The notes: a model not told the origin generated them from the sequence alone. Counted from the whole stretch's first letter, positions 34,209-48,279 are shown. The stretch: 62,917 nt of DNA, filler included, from Choristocarpus tenellus KU-1152 (GCA_964200185.2; 9 parts of 9 records of this genome joined end to end with filler, not necessarily neighbours in it); one strand, 5' to 3'. Translations and numbers: made by a program.

Positions 34209-34965
34209 TATGTTTTTTTTTGTAAATGTTGGGGCACTTTATAAGGGCCCCTTTTTGAATGGGAACCCATTGCTAAGGTGGTAGTAGAGCGTACTTAATT
34301 GATCTTGTACGTTTCCAATGTTACAAAAGTAGAATGATATTCATATATTTAATCCAACAAATACAGATACAAACTACATCCTTCATTGATCTAATACATT
34401 TCAAAGGTACGAAACGAAAAGGTCACAAAAACTATTCCTCTCTTTTTCTTTTCAATATGTAATCGTATGCTGTTCGATATTCCTTTTTTCATATAACAGA
34501 ATTGTCAACAGAAGAAAGAGAAATCGCCGAAACTCAAGAACCGCGTTTTCTCGTCTCTAGTAGTTTTAGAGCCAAAGTATATTCTTACAGGGTAGATAGA
34601 GCCGCGTCCATTTGGGGGTCAAAATACAATGTTGTCATTTTTATGTAATTTTGGCTATCCTATACCCTCTAAGATAGTCTCGCTCTTTAAGAATAAAATG
34701 TCCAACAATTTCAGATTTTGTATCTCAAAAAATTGGAGGGTGCTATTTTTTTTTAATCTTTTGGTAGCTAATACATTGGAAACGTACAAGATCAATTAAG
34801 TTTGTCCTCCTACCACCTTCGGCATAGATTCCCATTCAAAAAGTGGCCCTTAAAAAGTGCCGCAACCATAACGAAAAAAACATATCGGCACTTTTTCCGC
34901 ACCATTTTCGGTCAAAACCATCCTCGATAGTACGCTCCATCCTCAATTTTTAAAATCCACTGTTA
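34209..34965. mobile_element. Long inverted-repeat (foldback-like) element, family D
   Basis: Arms 34209-34320 and 34774-34884 are inverted copies and include a perfect 27-mer, CTTAATTGATCTTGTACGTTTCCAATG. The outer extension 34918-34965 matches 15795-15842 in reverse. Confidence 0.7.
34569..34685 (+). mobile_element. MITE family B, internally deleted (117 bp)
   Basis: Both termini are retained (GAGCCAAAGTAT / AGATAGTCTCGCTC) with a perfect TSD TTTA. Confidence 0.82.
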
Positions 34966-35130
34966 ATCCCTGAAAGTGGAATAGTTGTCGACAACTGGCT
35001 GCCTAGCCCCCCAGTCACCTATCAAACTGATGCAACAAGTGTTGACCCATCCACCCAGGTAATACCAACACACGTTTCATCTGAACATACATGGATCAAC
35101 CAGCGTGTACGTTAAGTCAAAAATCTCTCT

Positions 35131-36930
35131 GTAGGGCCTTCCTTGCCTTGTTTGTGCGTAAAGGATATAAATTCTTGAAATGGGTAGGTGGGATAGATAT
35201 TTATCTTTGGGTCCTTGACTTCTTCAATGAGTTAACGAAATCAGACTCACAATTCGCCATTTTCAGCATCATGTAAGACAGCTTTTGTAAGCATCCCTCT
35301 AATATTTTGATTCTGTTGGAAACCCTTATATTTTTACTGGGTCACACCCAAGGTTTTGGTGTTACGGTCGGTACCAATAATGTTGTACGAGAGGAGGGGA
35401 AAGGTTTCCAAATCGGACTAGTTTTACTCTCCCCCCTACTTCCACGTTACTTTATATTTTATACAACGTGTATCTTGATGAGGTGGAACACCGTTCTTGC
35501 TTTTCTCTGCGGTTTAGTAACGCGCGAATATGGGCACTTCAAACCAAAATATTATCCAGTGTATGGTCACTATTATTATTATTATTTGTATCAATGATCC
35601 TTTCACTTTACATGCTCCCTGCAAAGGACCCAAACAAATTCAGAGGTAGGCAGCTTTGGACCCTATTGCATTCTAAGTGATCGTTCTTGCTCTGTGCAAT
35701 ATTACTTATTTCATTGGTTTATCTGTACAAAGGTTTACGCAGAATTGATGTTCCCCTTTTCCACATACAGAGCGACACCAGAATTAAGCAAGGCCCTTCC
35801 TGCCAATGTACAAGATGCCGTCTTTCCCCTCTTTCTTGGGGTCCTCATAATGCTACCCTGCCTACCTCTCAATTGGTTTGTTTCAAGTTTCACAACCCAC
35901 CGTCCATGGTCAGAGCCACTGTACACTACGCCACTTCTCGTGCTAACTACTGTTGTACCAGTACCTAACTGTTGGTGCAGTTAGTTCTAGTCGTACTACT
36001 CTTGTACCTCCTTCGTTTGCACCTTGGTTCTCGAGTGTTGTGTCCAGCTAGTGATGGATATTATAATACTGTTCGTCGCTCCAACTCCTCCCTCAAAACT
36101 TGTGGTGGGCCTGCCTGAGTGCTGCCTGGCATTGGACGGAGCCTTGCCACTTGTTGTTCTTGGTCCAGCGCTTTGGTGGTGGGGTATAGTGATAGTAATA
36201 GTAAGATAGTAGGGTAGTATAGACAGGTGTATGATATGTGTTAATAACGTACAGTGTTTGCCACGTGCACATGGACTAGGGATATTCGAAATCATATCTC
36301 TATGTAAATATGTCTAACGTTGACGAGGTTTGAAAGAGAAAAATTCATGCATGAAGTAGTCTCTTTCCTCAACCAGTGAGGAGCCTCAAGGATGCAGTAG
36401 GTGGCTGACTGGGTAGCGCCTTTGTCATGCATTACATTGGGCGACAGCAAGCTACACAATCTATATATTCTACCTTTCTGGAATGCTCTACTTTTGCAGA
36501 GAGGCATATATGTTGGGGGTACTTGTCCCTGCTTCAACGCATATGTCACATACGGGGCAGGCAAATATCCCCCAAGGATGTTTGTTTGGTTTAGTTTGCA
36601 CTCACTCAGTACCCTTGGGGACCTCTGTCCATTAGCAGCCTGGCACTGTTTTCCCCACAGTTCACACTCACTCGATGTTCCTAATTATGTTTCCCATCCT
36701 TGGCAGGTTCCAACACACTTCATGGAGGCGCAGGCACAACACGTGAGGTGATTGGTATTATAATATGGGGTCGTTCGTAACATACATATATTATCAAATG
36801 TTGTGCTATCTGTAGCATTCGTTTGAGCCTTTGGCATGGCGCAGGCCTTGAGGATATATCTCGGGTGGCAGTGTCTGTCCTCCCGCGTGCAGAGTCTGAC
36901 AATGCAGAATCCAAAAAAAGGGAGGCTCGT
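35131..36930 (+). CDS. Possible exons of an unknown membrane protein
   Basis: AG/GT-bounded open segments at ~35131 (AFLALFVRKGYKFLKW), ~35771 (ATPELSKALPANVQDAVFPLFLGVLIMLPCLPLNW) and ~36816 (IRLSLWHGAGLEDISRVAVSVLPRAESDNAESKKREA). A consistent full model could not be built. Confidence 0.3.
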
Positions 36931-37770
36931 GAGGAGGGAGTGTGATATAGAGGTTCAGGCTATTGATCTGAAGAAAAATATGCATCTCATGAAGGCTAGA
37001 GAACCTAGATACCCAATGGGTTTAGGGTTCTACTTCAATTTGAGGATTGAATCAGAGATACAAGGTTTTAGTGAGGCGATGTATTTTATCTACTATAACT
37101 TTGAACCCCAAAGCATTTATGAGGGTAGGGTTTTTGCCCTGTTTGTCGCTTCAGGTCTTGACTACTCAGAGATGATTCCGACCCGTTATCAGAGGCAATA
37201 CACACTCTACTACTTCTCTTACTAGCTACTTGCTACAACTGTTATACTACTACTAACTTTACTGCCTCCGTTCCTACCTTCTCGAACAATGGATTCAGCA
37301 CTCCCACCAGTCTTCACCCTGTCTCATCTCTCCAATATTCTGCTCTACCTGCCCCTAAGGTTTCCACCATGATATTTGTCTGGCGTATCATCCTTGGCCT
37401 TCCATGAACTATTTATATTGTGATTATCTCTATCCTCTCTCCAGAATTACACATTGCTTGAAGTTATTGCCGAGCTGCAACATTCTTCATCCATTGACAA
37501 GTTCCATCCCTGTATAATGCCACCATATTTTATATAAGGTTGAAATACATCGCCTCGTCTACTAGTCATACATCCATTTCTGATTGAAAATCAGATTGAA
37601 AAGACCACTCAACAGACGAGATGTCTAATTAGCCAGTCTTAAACAATTTTGTTCTTCAGATCAGAAGCTCAAAACTCCTTATCAGGCTCTCTCCTTTTTC
37701 ACCCTCCCTTTTGTATTCCCCATTATCAGACTCTGTATGACAGCCTGCAGGTGTATCCCCAAAGTCTTCA

Positions 37771-37883
37771 GACCCAAAGTATCTGGGGGGAGAGGGGGGG
37801 GGGGGTGTACCCCAGGGCGGCCATTGGGGACCAAAACAGGAAAAGGGCGTGAACATTAGTCATCCGACGTGTGCAACCAAAAC
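37771..37883 (+). mobile_element. MITE family A, truncated by contig end
   Basis: GACCCAAAGTATCTGGGGG terminus followed by family A body. Confidence 0.8.
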
Positions 37884-39038
37884 NNNNNNNNNNNNNNNNN
37901 NNNNNNNNNNNNNNNNNNNNNNNNNNNTTAATTAATTAANNNNNNNNNNNNNNNNNNNNNNNNNNNNNNNNNNNNNNNNNNNNGGGGGGGTTCTCACCTC
38001 TAGAGTGGATAGATAGTACACTGCTTGAGGGGGTAGGGACTGAACAATGGCATTCATGTTAGGGGTGTGCGAGTCCGTGTAGGAGACAGTTGTGGAACAT
38101 GGAAGGACTGTTTTGAAAGGGTGACGATGACTGACATAAGAGGTCGTTTTCACTTGTTAATAGTAAGATTTTCTAGCTGTTTGGGTGGTGTTGCCGTCGA
38201 GTGTCCAAAATTGACCTGGTTCTTCTGTTGGACGATGTGCTTGGTTGGGTTGCGGTTGGTAATAGATTAGGGTAAGGTGTGGTGGTGGCTTGGTGTAGTA
38301 GTTGGTGTGTGTACATCTTGTATGTGAGATGTTAAAGCATGAGAGAAGTGAAGCAATGAAACAAGGTCCTGAGTGGTTTCATCGGTGTGTGATTGACTAT
38401 GAAGTGTACCTACAACTCGGTGCAGTAAGTCAGCAAGAAGGTGTACCCTATGTTGAGCGAGGTGTGTCCTGTGTGGGCGTTGATGTTCTTACCCATGCTC
38501 AGGTACTGGGGGGAGGGTTAGAACCTCGTTGCCCAAGCTGGAAGTATATTCAAGCTGTGTCCTGATTAAGCAAGGTGTTTTGCTTATACACCGCTGGCAT
38601 TTTTCTTGAGTCTAATGCAACCCCTCACTTCCTCCTCAGTCAACCCCCACAAACAAACTCTCCTCTCGAGTTTCTTTTTCTATCTCTAATTGTCTCTTAA
38701 CCCTAGGAAATCTCTTGCCAAATGACAGAGGTGAGTTTTTTTCACTGCAGAAGAGATCTAACAAGGGCCTGTAGGAGGACGGAAGGCATTTTTGTCTACT
38801 CACACTATTCCTTTTGTTAGCTACAGCATGCTTCAAGATAAGGTACACTCTGAACCGGTTTTACCATTTTTTGTCAATGTCCAAACAGCCTGACAAAAGC
38901 ACACGGCCTTGTACACCCTCCACCACACTCCCTTGTCGTCAAACTTCAGATTTCAGTAAACAACCATTCCACTCCCACACACACACACACATCCACACAC
39001 CCACACACCCAATCATCATGTACTCTCCCCCTTCACAG

Positions 39039-39832
39039 GGTGTGCTCTCTGCAGGTATGCTGCTGTGTTCAAGTAATGAAGACCACAGCAAGGTGGAGCC
39101 CCTGGCACCTCCCTCTGGTTGTGCTGTGGGTGAGCTGGTGACCTTCGAGGGGCATCTGTCTTCGCCTGTGGAAGCAGGAAACAGGGCAGGCAAGGCATGG
39201 AAGAGGGTGGCAAGCAACCTCAAGGTGTCAGAGGATAAGGTGGGTGCCGTTTAACAATCAAGATGGACTTAGGATTTTTGAGTGTAGTGTAAGTGGAGTT
39301 TTGGGTTTTGAGAGTGGGAAGCATTGTTAGGTTCGGCTGGGCCTGTGTAAAATTGTATTGATAATAGTGGAAGGGTGTGAAGTGCTCTGTGAGTTCGAAC
39401 ACTGGGAATTGAGAGTGGAAGGGGTGTTGGGTAGGAAATGAATTGAATTTTGAGTCGAGGGTGTTCTGTCAGATGTGTTTGTGTTGTTGGTGTATGGGAA
39501 GGTGTACGTACACAAATGTGGATAGGATGTTGTCAGATGGGCACACTCTTGACTAGTCTTATTGAACTTGTTCATGGCATAGTCTGAAGGCACCTTTCGA
39601 TTGACTGATTGATTGATTGATTGTTCACTCTCCTCTGCAACAGGCGTGTTCCGTCTTTTTTTTAATCTGTACCCTAAATAAATAAAGTTTTTTTTTTAAT
39701 GGGCGCTTCAGCAATATAACCCAACTCTTGCTATTGGTGCAGGTGGCAAATTTTGCTGGGGAGAAATTGCCTGCACCCTTCATGACCTCAGCTGGGCCAG
39801 TGACTTCCTCTCTTCCTGGGGGGATATCATAG
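39039..39832 (+). CDS. C-terminal exons of an EMAP-II/Arc1p/MetRS-type tRNA-binding OB-fold protein
   Basis: Exon 39039-39239 (GVLSAGMLLCSSNEDHSKVEPLAPPSGCAVGELVTFEG..KAWKRVASNLKVSEDK) plus 39743-39832 (VANFAGEKLPAPFMTSAGPVTSSLPGGIS*). The signature G..S.GM.LC...VE.L.PP....G..V is present. Upstream exons were not located. Confidence 0.85.
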
Positions 39833-41134
39833 TCTGAGACAGGCAGTTACACTTGCTATTGCAGGGAGGGGGTTAGGGCTTGTCTGAATGAAACCTGGAA
39901 GGCATGTCGTACACTGTGGTCTCTGTCCCTGTGGGCATTGTCACAGTTGCATCTGAGGAATGGATCAACATGCGGATTGTTTCCGAAGCGTGAGATCCAG
40001 TCGGGGTCCAGATATAATCAAGGGAGATGTATCCATGAATATTTTGTTGGTAACTCTTCTGAAACAGATTCAATAGAGGGCTTGGTGTTTGAGCAGGGGT
40101 GGGTGGGGAAGGGAAGGGAAGGGAAGGGTGGTTACAAGCTTCAAATCCACACATTCCCTGCCTGAACTTGGACATCCTTTGCAAGGTGTTCCTTGAGGGT
40201 ACACAGTTGGATCCAACCGGAAATGATCAGAGGAAAGAGTCTTTGAATGTCTTTGAATGTCTCTGACTTAGAGGATTGAAGTGGCTTCAGGGTTTTTCTG
40301 TCATTGCTCCTTGAACTCTGAGCAAAAAAAAAAAGAACAAATTTTGAAGTTGTGGAGAGTGTGAATTGATGGAAAGGCTCTTCTATCGTGGAAATGGGCG
40401 AGAAAGACTAGTAGGGAGAATAGAGGATTCCACATAGTAGCAAAAGTATGGGTGTGGAGTAAAAAATATGTCATTTTCTCTTTTATTTCTCCAAGTTGAA
40501 TCTATTCTGCTGTGAAGGAGTGTCTCCTCTCCCCAGGTACACGACTCAGCTCTGGAGCAAAATCTCTTGAGTACACCAAGAAAAGGTGTTGATAAAACAT
40601 TACATCACTTCTGCCAACCCTTAGTGAATTGGGACCTCCATGCTCGACTAAATGGTAAATGTGTGTTCGGGTTGTTAGGAAGCAAAAGTGCACCACCCTA
40701 TAGGATTGACCCCTTTTCACTCTCAGGAGTATTTGCAAAATCTCCATTGCTTTTTATGTACAATGTACATGTATGGGCATGGTAGCCCTCCTCTCAAACT
40801 CTTTATATACAACAAACTCAACTTCTGGAGGAATCAATATCATTCTCTGGGTCTGCATTTATGTCAGCAAATGTCTTAAGGGGGGTCTGACCAATCAACC
40901 CACTGGGGAGGAGTGGAAAAAGTTGAGTGCTTGAGGCGAAAGATGGCCCCATCCCATTCTTAATGCATGAGCTGCTTACCAAATGCAGATAGAAATATTG
41001 TACATTTGCAGGCATATAGGTCCACCCTTCCTCTTGCATGGTACTAGTAGCCTAATGTACAGTCCCAAAAAAACATGAAAATATGAAACAAATATCTAAT
41101 CCCTTAGGAGATCCACCCTCCATCTCCTATCCCT

Positions 41135-42297
41135 TCATAATTCATCTTGATCTCTTGTTCCTGGCAGCTCAAAGACTTTAATTGTCTTATACCAGCGGCA
41201 GTAGCCATAAAAGGTGGAAAGGGATGCAAATGATATCCAGCCCAAGGTGTTGAAGATGGTGTGACTCCTTGGCTCTGCTATTTGGGCCCGTAGCAAGGCC
41301 ACAGCCTGCAGACCGTATGCAATGCAGAATGTCTCGCTGATACACCGGCGTATGCGACCATCTCCGAACGTGCGCATCTTAAAAACTACCCATCCCTTGT
41401 GGTAACCCAGATGAGAAGACGAGGATAGTGCCAAGGAGGGTGTTGAAGGGACGGTGCGTTTTCGTGAGAACGGGCACGTGCATGTACGTAAAATATGCTA
41501 CAATAAGTGTGTAATTTGTCCTTGAGGGAATACACGTGCTTGCAATTACGCCGGTGAATTGACCTTGCTATTTCTGACAGGGTGGTTCTAACCTCGTGGC
41601 CTATCGCTCGGGGGCATTTCATTATCCTAATTATCTGGTCGATCGATACCAGTATCTTACACACAAGACATTTAACACACAATAAATAGACCCTACGTCA
41701 CGTTCCAAATCTGCACTAGGGTTTAAAGTGATAAAAAATTCCTACAGAGGATCGTAGTTACAGGAACATTCGCAGGACCTCCAAGGCATGCTCACCTGTG
41801 CCAGTGTCAATGCGCCGTACATTCTAGCGAGTTCGTGTACAAAGTGGTCGTACTTCGTACTAAACAGCGCGTCCACTAGCGAATGAGGAATTATGAAAGC
41901 CAGCCTACAGGTAAGAGGGAGGGCACGTGGTTGCGGTTCATATTTCAAAAAAATTGAAAGGAATCCCAGATGAACTTGGGCACTCTTTGTCGAATCGAGT
42001 TGAAGCCACACACAAGCGGACACAATTTCAAATAATTTCTTCAAGCTAAGGCAAAGAATGACTTGGAAAGGGGCATGAACCTTCATGGAGGTGGTAATTA
42101 AATAATGACACAGAGCCGTCGAGAAATGGTGTCCAAGAGGCTCACCCTCCAACGACAATTGCAACAATTGCATGAAACAGAAGAACTTGATTGATATCCA
42201 AGGTGTCTCCAAATTGCCGCAACGAATCCACCACAGAATAAGCAGCTCCCTTCCCGTCTCGATGCCTTCGGTGGGTCTTCGATGGGGAGCACATCAT
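41135..42297 (-). CDS. Small multi-pass membrane protein, TP53I11-like, 3 exons, ~173 aa
   Basis: Exons 42146-42297, 41796-41904 and 41135-41395 join in frame (522 nt): ..VLLFHAIVAIVVGGLAFIIPH..HELARMYGALTLAQGWVV..AYGLQAVALLRAQ..FYGYCRW..IKVFELP. There are four hydrophobic segments. The family name is from recall of the R.YGA motif and was not searched. Confidence 0.7.
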
Positions 42298-44613
42298 CCT
42301 CCAATGGTTTGGAGAGCTTCCGTCAATCAAGCGTAGGGTGGTAGTTATGGACAGCAGAATTGTAGTTTTCAATGTTGGTTGGCCGTTACGATGGAAGGCT
42401 TGTCCCGCGTGTTCTTGATTTTCAGTACACACAAACATTGCGCGCGTTTGGAAGGCAATCTACACCTTCCTTGCAACCTTCCCAAAAATTATGTCGAGGG
42501 TGGTGGCAAGGATTCAGTGTGCCTGGAAGTCAACAGAATCATGTTTGGTCTTCAGGCCCTCCTTGGTTCCACCATGATCTACCTCTCGGGCTCGTCGGCC
42601 AATGCTTTTCTCGTGTGAGTGCCCAGTGCGATAGTGACAACCTTGACAGTGGATGCTCAATTTGTGAAGGTGATTAAGGAATGGACCTACCACCCACTCC
42701 TGATCGCATTCCGTTCGCACTTAATTCCCTGGTTGTATATAATACCCCAAAGAAAGGTACAGGCACTTGGTGCCTATGAATGTTCCCCGTGTCCCATTTT
42801 GTAGAACTCAAAGAATGCTCATGTGGCGCTCTCATTGAACTTTGTTCATGTTTGCACTACTTGCAGTCCTGCTCCGATGACATCCTTCGCCAGCAGCAGT
42901 GTGATGGATCCTTGGCAACGTACGATGAGGAATCCTGTCAAGCATAGATTATGCTGAAGAGGTGCTGGATCTGCAGCAAAGGCTACGATGTACCTGGAAG
43001 GAGGTGTCGTTGGAGAGGCACTCTGGGGCGCCGCCAACCTTGCCCTCGCGTTGACAGCTTTAGTCTTGGCGGAAGAGATAGAAGCACCGCCAAATATATA
43101 TGGACCAATTGCAATGGGGTGAGGTCAGCAGCCTCTCATATTTTCGTGACCTTGGCCTTGCATTTGGATTTGTTGTGTTGTGGTGGACCTGATATCGTGA
43201 ACCTAGATCGTTCGTCTCCCCCAGGTGCCTCCTGTCATGTCCAGTTCTAGGGCACCTTGATCCTCGACTGCTAATGTCATCCATAGACCACAGAGTTGCG
43301 TCTTGAACTGTACCCGACTTTTGATGCACTTCTTTCCAGGATCGACCACCTCGAACAACGCGGAGGTTGTTTTTGATCATATACAGTCAACCTGTGTTCT
43401 GGGTATTCTTTTTTATGAATGGTGTGATCTGAATGAACTATTCTGTGGACAGAAAATGACATATTTCATCTCTTTGTTCTATTTCGAAATGTACCGCATT
43501 GTTCCATCGTGTCTCGATAATTCTAATCTTTGTGTGTGTTTTTATTTTCTCAAGATTAGTTTTTTTTTAATGGTTCCTTCTTTCGTCAGGTAGGAAGTCT
43601 CCACTTCATGGCTAAGACTCATCACTCTGTAGCTTTTAAACCATCAAGAATTCTGTCCTCAGAATACACTCGAAATGATTACCCGTTGTGCTTCTAGTCG
43701 ACTTGAGAGGTGCTGACCTGTCTTGCAACCTCCCCCCCCGTCCCATCCCGCCTACTGGCCTTGGTTGTCAGTCAGTCTCTTCATGAGCACACCTTCTGCT
43801 GTAGGTCATCCATGCTTTCTTTTAACCAATAGTTCACTCAGGAGACAGCGGAGAAGAACTCTCTGCTGGTTGTTGTCGCTCTTGGAGGACATTGTATTAT
43901 TATTATTTCTACTTGGTCTTTGTTCGTCCAATCAGAACAGTGGAGAGTCGTGCCGTCCGGTTCGATTGGCCAAATTTCGTTGAGGGTTTTGTTGTGATCC
44001 TTGCAGGCGAACATTTGGCGTCCGATATTGTAAAGTCTGGGGATTGATGGTTTGATCAAGGACCTGACGTGGTCTGACAAGGACTGAGGGGTACATGGCG
44101 GGTATCAAGCATGGGCAGCAGAAATGTGACATATTCAAATCGTCATTTGAAAAGACAGGGCCAAAACAGTCTTGAATAAAAAGTTACCTTGAGACAAGTG
44201 TGAATAATAATAAAATGATTATCGAAACAGTTGTCTTCATTGGGAAAAAAAAAAGTCAACAATGTCACCTTTTCTGTACCGTGTGTTCTTTTTTTTGGTG
44301 TGTGTGTGTGTGGGGGGGTCGGAAGAGCGNNNNNNNNNNNNNNNNNNNNNNNNNNNNNNNNNNNNNNNNNNNNTTAATTAATTAANNNNNNNNNNNNNNN
44401 NNNNNNNNNNNNNNNNNNNNNNNNNNNNNCCGATAATACTGTGTTTGTCTTGAACGCAGCAATAAAAAACATATCCAAAGACAAAAATTTATTGTTACCT
44501 ACACTCCATTTTTGTTACTCACCTGATACGTGTTAACAAGTGGTCATTTTTTTACAACTCTGAGCAGATTTATTTGATTTACAGACGTGATGTTGCTCTC
44601 CCCCATTCGCCAG

Positions 44614-47600
44614 ATTATCCAAGCGGATCGGCTGGTCATCACCATCAGCACGAGCAGCACCATGCGGGCCAAAGCCGGCAGCAAACCTCTCAGCTTCGTG
44701 TTCATGTCCGTAGATGCCGCGAACCAGACAGCGCACGCCCTCCCAGCACTTTACCCACCTACCCACGGCGGTGACAGGTAACCATACGAACGCATAGTCC
44801 ATCTGACAACAAGTTTGTAGCCGCACGCGGAACAGAATAGATGACCCTGTTTTATGCTACGAATGAGTGCAAAGTCCCAAGAAATAACCGCCAAAACAGA
44901 CGCACATAATTCCACTACCTATTCCGTTCATCATGACGGCGAGGCACCGTAGAACCTTTCCTTACACGTTTCTTTGGTTTATGTCCTTCTTATCAGGGGC
45001 TACTCTGAGCGCCAGAAGATCATGGCCGCACATGTTGAAGGCCAGTTCGCGGAGGTGTTCTTCACTCCTATCAATCTTGGAGGAGGTACGGATTGTGGGT
45101 TGTGGCAAACAATCACATGACTGAATAGATGCTGGTTGCGCACGCATCACTTGATTTACCGTCGTGGCGAGTGGACCTGCCGTAGATTAGATACCCGAGG
45201 ACGAGTACATCCTTACACGATGTGCCTAAAGATACCACAGGCCTAGTGAACAGTCGATTAACTGATGATGCGCTGTGCTCCCCTGCCCTCCTACGCCTCA
45301 GCCTAGGGTTAGGGCGAGATGAGCGTAAGAGCTAATCAACGAGGAGGAAAACCCACAGACATGTATGTCAACCATTCGGGTGTATGTGCTCTACATTGCA
45401 AAAACAAATTCCGTTACCCCTCTTTTTAGCTCCAATTAAACAATGCATAAGTAAGCATGGTACTATTTGCCAACTAACGACGGACATCATAGTTCGCGCA
45501 GGTTGTAGCCTTGTCTGCACAGCCACCCACCTTGCCCTCACAAGGCTCATCGACAAGTACCACAACAGCTTCGATCATGCGGGGAGTTCATCATCCAGCA
45601 CGCGCATTGGCAGGTAAGAAAGTTTCATCTTGACACGACCTACTCAACACATACTCGCTGAATACCGGTCACAAAGTAAATAACTGCACGGTCTTTAGTT
45701 TTGGTTTGTGCGTTGCAACCTGCATGTATGATGGCGGTGATGTAGAGCTTGCGCTCTAGCAGTACTGGAAACATACCCCGTTCCTCCATGAAACGCGGCT
45801 AAATGGGCTGACATATCGGCCTCATGCCTATCCCTCCCTCGCTCCCAACTCCCCAAACTGGACAGGTTCACAGCTGCGTCTCAGAGAACAAGAACAATTT
45901 CTTTCTCGGATATGCAGGGCTCTTGGTTGCGGCGAGTGTCATTCGTGTGGTCGAGATACATTTTATGATGGTGGGGCACACGCACATCAAAATCGATCAG
46001 ATCTTCTCAAGGTAATTAGGCAAGATATACAAGTCCGATAGCCACATAGTGTTTTGATACGTTCAGATACTGCCTTGAGGCTTGCAGCTCACGCTTGTTG
46101 CATCCATGGAAGGTTTATGGTCATACACTCTAATTGATTATTTGACTTTTGATTTCCCCCCAACAAAATTGAATGATTAAAGCAGCTGCCAAAACTGTTT
46201 CGTAACCTACTCTCGAACCAAAGCAATAAAAAAATGTACGCATCACCCCTTTTTATATCTATACTTCCATGTACATGCATCGGAGCATGTGCCTGCATAT
46301 ATACATTGCTTCCCCACTTCATTTCTTTCGTCCCCACCTCAAAATTAACTTGCTTGCATTTCACCTTCAGGTTCTCACGTGGAATAAAAGGGAGGAACAT
46401 ATTCACAATAACACAGCTGGATGAAGAGCTGCAGGCCTCTTACATGGAGGTTCCAGTATACTGCAAGACCCTACAGAACGAGGGAAACTTCAAGGGACTC
46501 CTTCGCAGTCGCGTCAACCGTGTCCCCAATATCACGAGCTACAGGGCTTTTCGCGTTGAAAAAGGAGGTGATGGGCGGGTTAAGGTTAGCGTGAAGCAAT
46601 ACATGCACAGCACCGAATGGAGTGGGATAGGGGGAGACCTCGCTATCGACCCCAACGCCCTCCGCACGACCACTTCATCGGCCACCCACCTCGTATCCAA
46701 GATGCACCACCCTACCAGCTCAAGAGCGTTCCCGAAGATGTCATCCTGAAGGTGGAGAAGCGGTACCAGGCGTCGCACGAGCACCTCCCTGCTACGTGCC
46801 CACTGGGTAAGTCGATTTTTTCGTGAGGACAATTGATGGTTAATTTTTGTATTCGGTGGCAGCCAAAAAAATTGGTGAAACTTCTGTAAGAGGCAGCCTT
46901 TACAGCCTTTACAAAAACAATCTAGAAAAATATTCCATTCTCATGCGTAGTGATCGTCGCACATTACAATAAAAAGTACTATAGATTACGACCGATAAAT
47001 GTTTTGAGGGTACCGGTCTTATACTCAACAGACACGAATCCGACGAAATATACACCCCTCCCTCTCACTGCATGCTCCCCGAGCGCATTCGTGAAACCTC
47101 ACGCCTGGTCACAAAGTAGCATTCATGCTTCCATACCGTTGATGTTCTCGTGCTCACGGATTTCACCTTCGCAGACGATGAAGCCGTTCAGAGAGCGAAA
47201 CACGAGCAAAACGAGTCTGTGCGGCTTCTCAAAAAGACAGGGGAACGAGATTTCGACCTCCCAGTCCATTGGCTTCCCACCGATGACGATGGTGCTGGAA
47301 CTGGTACCAGCGACGTCAAAGACACCGACCAGGGCGAACGTTCGGGTGGAGGAGATAATCTCGTCAGCGGTGACAATGATCTCGGCGGGCTTGTGGAAAC
47401 AGACTCTTCCTCATCGGACAGTGACAAGGACGAAGCTGGCTCCCGTCGACGAGGTTGGCCTCGTACTGCGTTGACATTGGCGAACCATGGAAACCTCGTC
47501 TCCGTGCAGGAAGGCAGATTTGCCTTTTTTGTGGCAACAGAGGTGCCGCTCTTGGTCGGCAAGATCCTAGTAGTGGAGCGCGTCAGCAAGGACGGGGAGC

Positions 47601-48138
47601 ATGGGGTGGATCTTCACTGGCTTCGGCCGACCAGTGATCACACACGTGACAACGCCGCGTTTATGACCCTTGAGAAGTACGGGAAAAGTAGTTTTGTACA
47701 AGGCTACAGACACGCTGGTGATAGATCCCGGCAAACTGGGAAACAGAAGCGGGTTAAAGACGTAAGCTGGGAACTCGTGGCGGGTATGGTTTCGACTTGC
47801 GAGAAACTTGTTGGGAACGCAAAAAGATTCCTACCAAGGTCTTGACAGTTCTATGATCTGCTATAGAGGCGAGGGAAAGGGGGGGTTTTGTGGGAGAAGG
47901 ACGGAAGACCACATTCAAGGGACGAGGAGAGGAGAAGGGAGGGGAGAATGGGGACGAAACGGAGGACAACACCGGCGACGACAAGGAGGAGGACGAGGAC
48001 GAGGAGGAAGATGAAGAGGAGGAGGAGGACGAGGAGCAGCAGAAGGAGGACAGGGAGGGCGAGGACGATGAAGATAAGGAGAATATCGGTACGGGGGAGG
48101 GGAGGGGGGCGTCTGCCGGTGCAGGCGCATGTACGGGG
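44614..48138 (+). pseudogene. Intron-containing, decayed Sola-like (DUF7869-type) DNA transposase
   Basis: Exons 44614-44777 (MSVDAANQ..HALP), 44997-45085, 45502-45613, 45866-46011 (VHSCVSENKNN..HFMMVGHTHIKIDQIFSR), 46371-46806 and ~47160-48138 with an acidic tail. Apparent frameshifts at ~45580, ~46660 and ~47830, and a GG in place of the AG acceptor at 47158-47159. Confidence 0.72.
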
Positions 48139-48238
48139 NNNNNNNNNNNNNNNNNNNNNNNNNNNNNNNNNNNNNNNNNNNNTTAATTAATTAANNNNNN
48201 NNNNNNNNNNNNNNNNNNNNNNNNNNNNNNNNNNNNNN

Positions 48239-48279
<41 letters not shown>

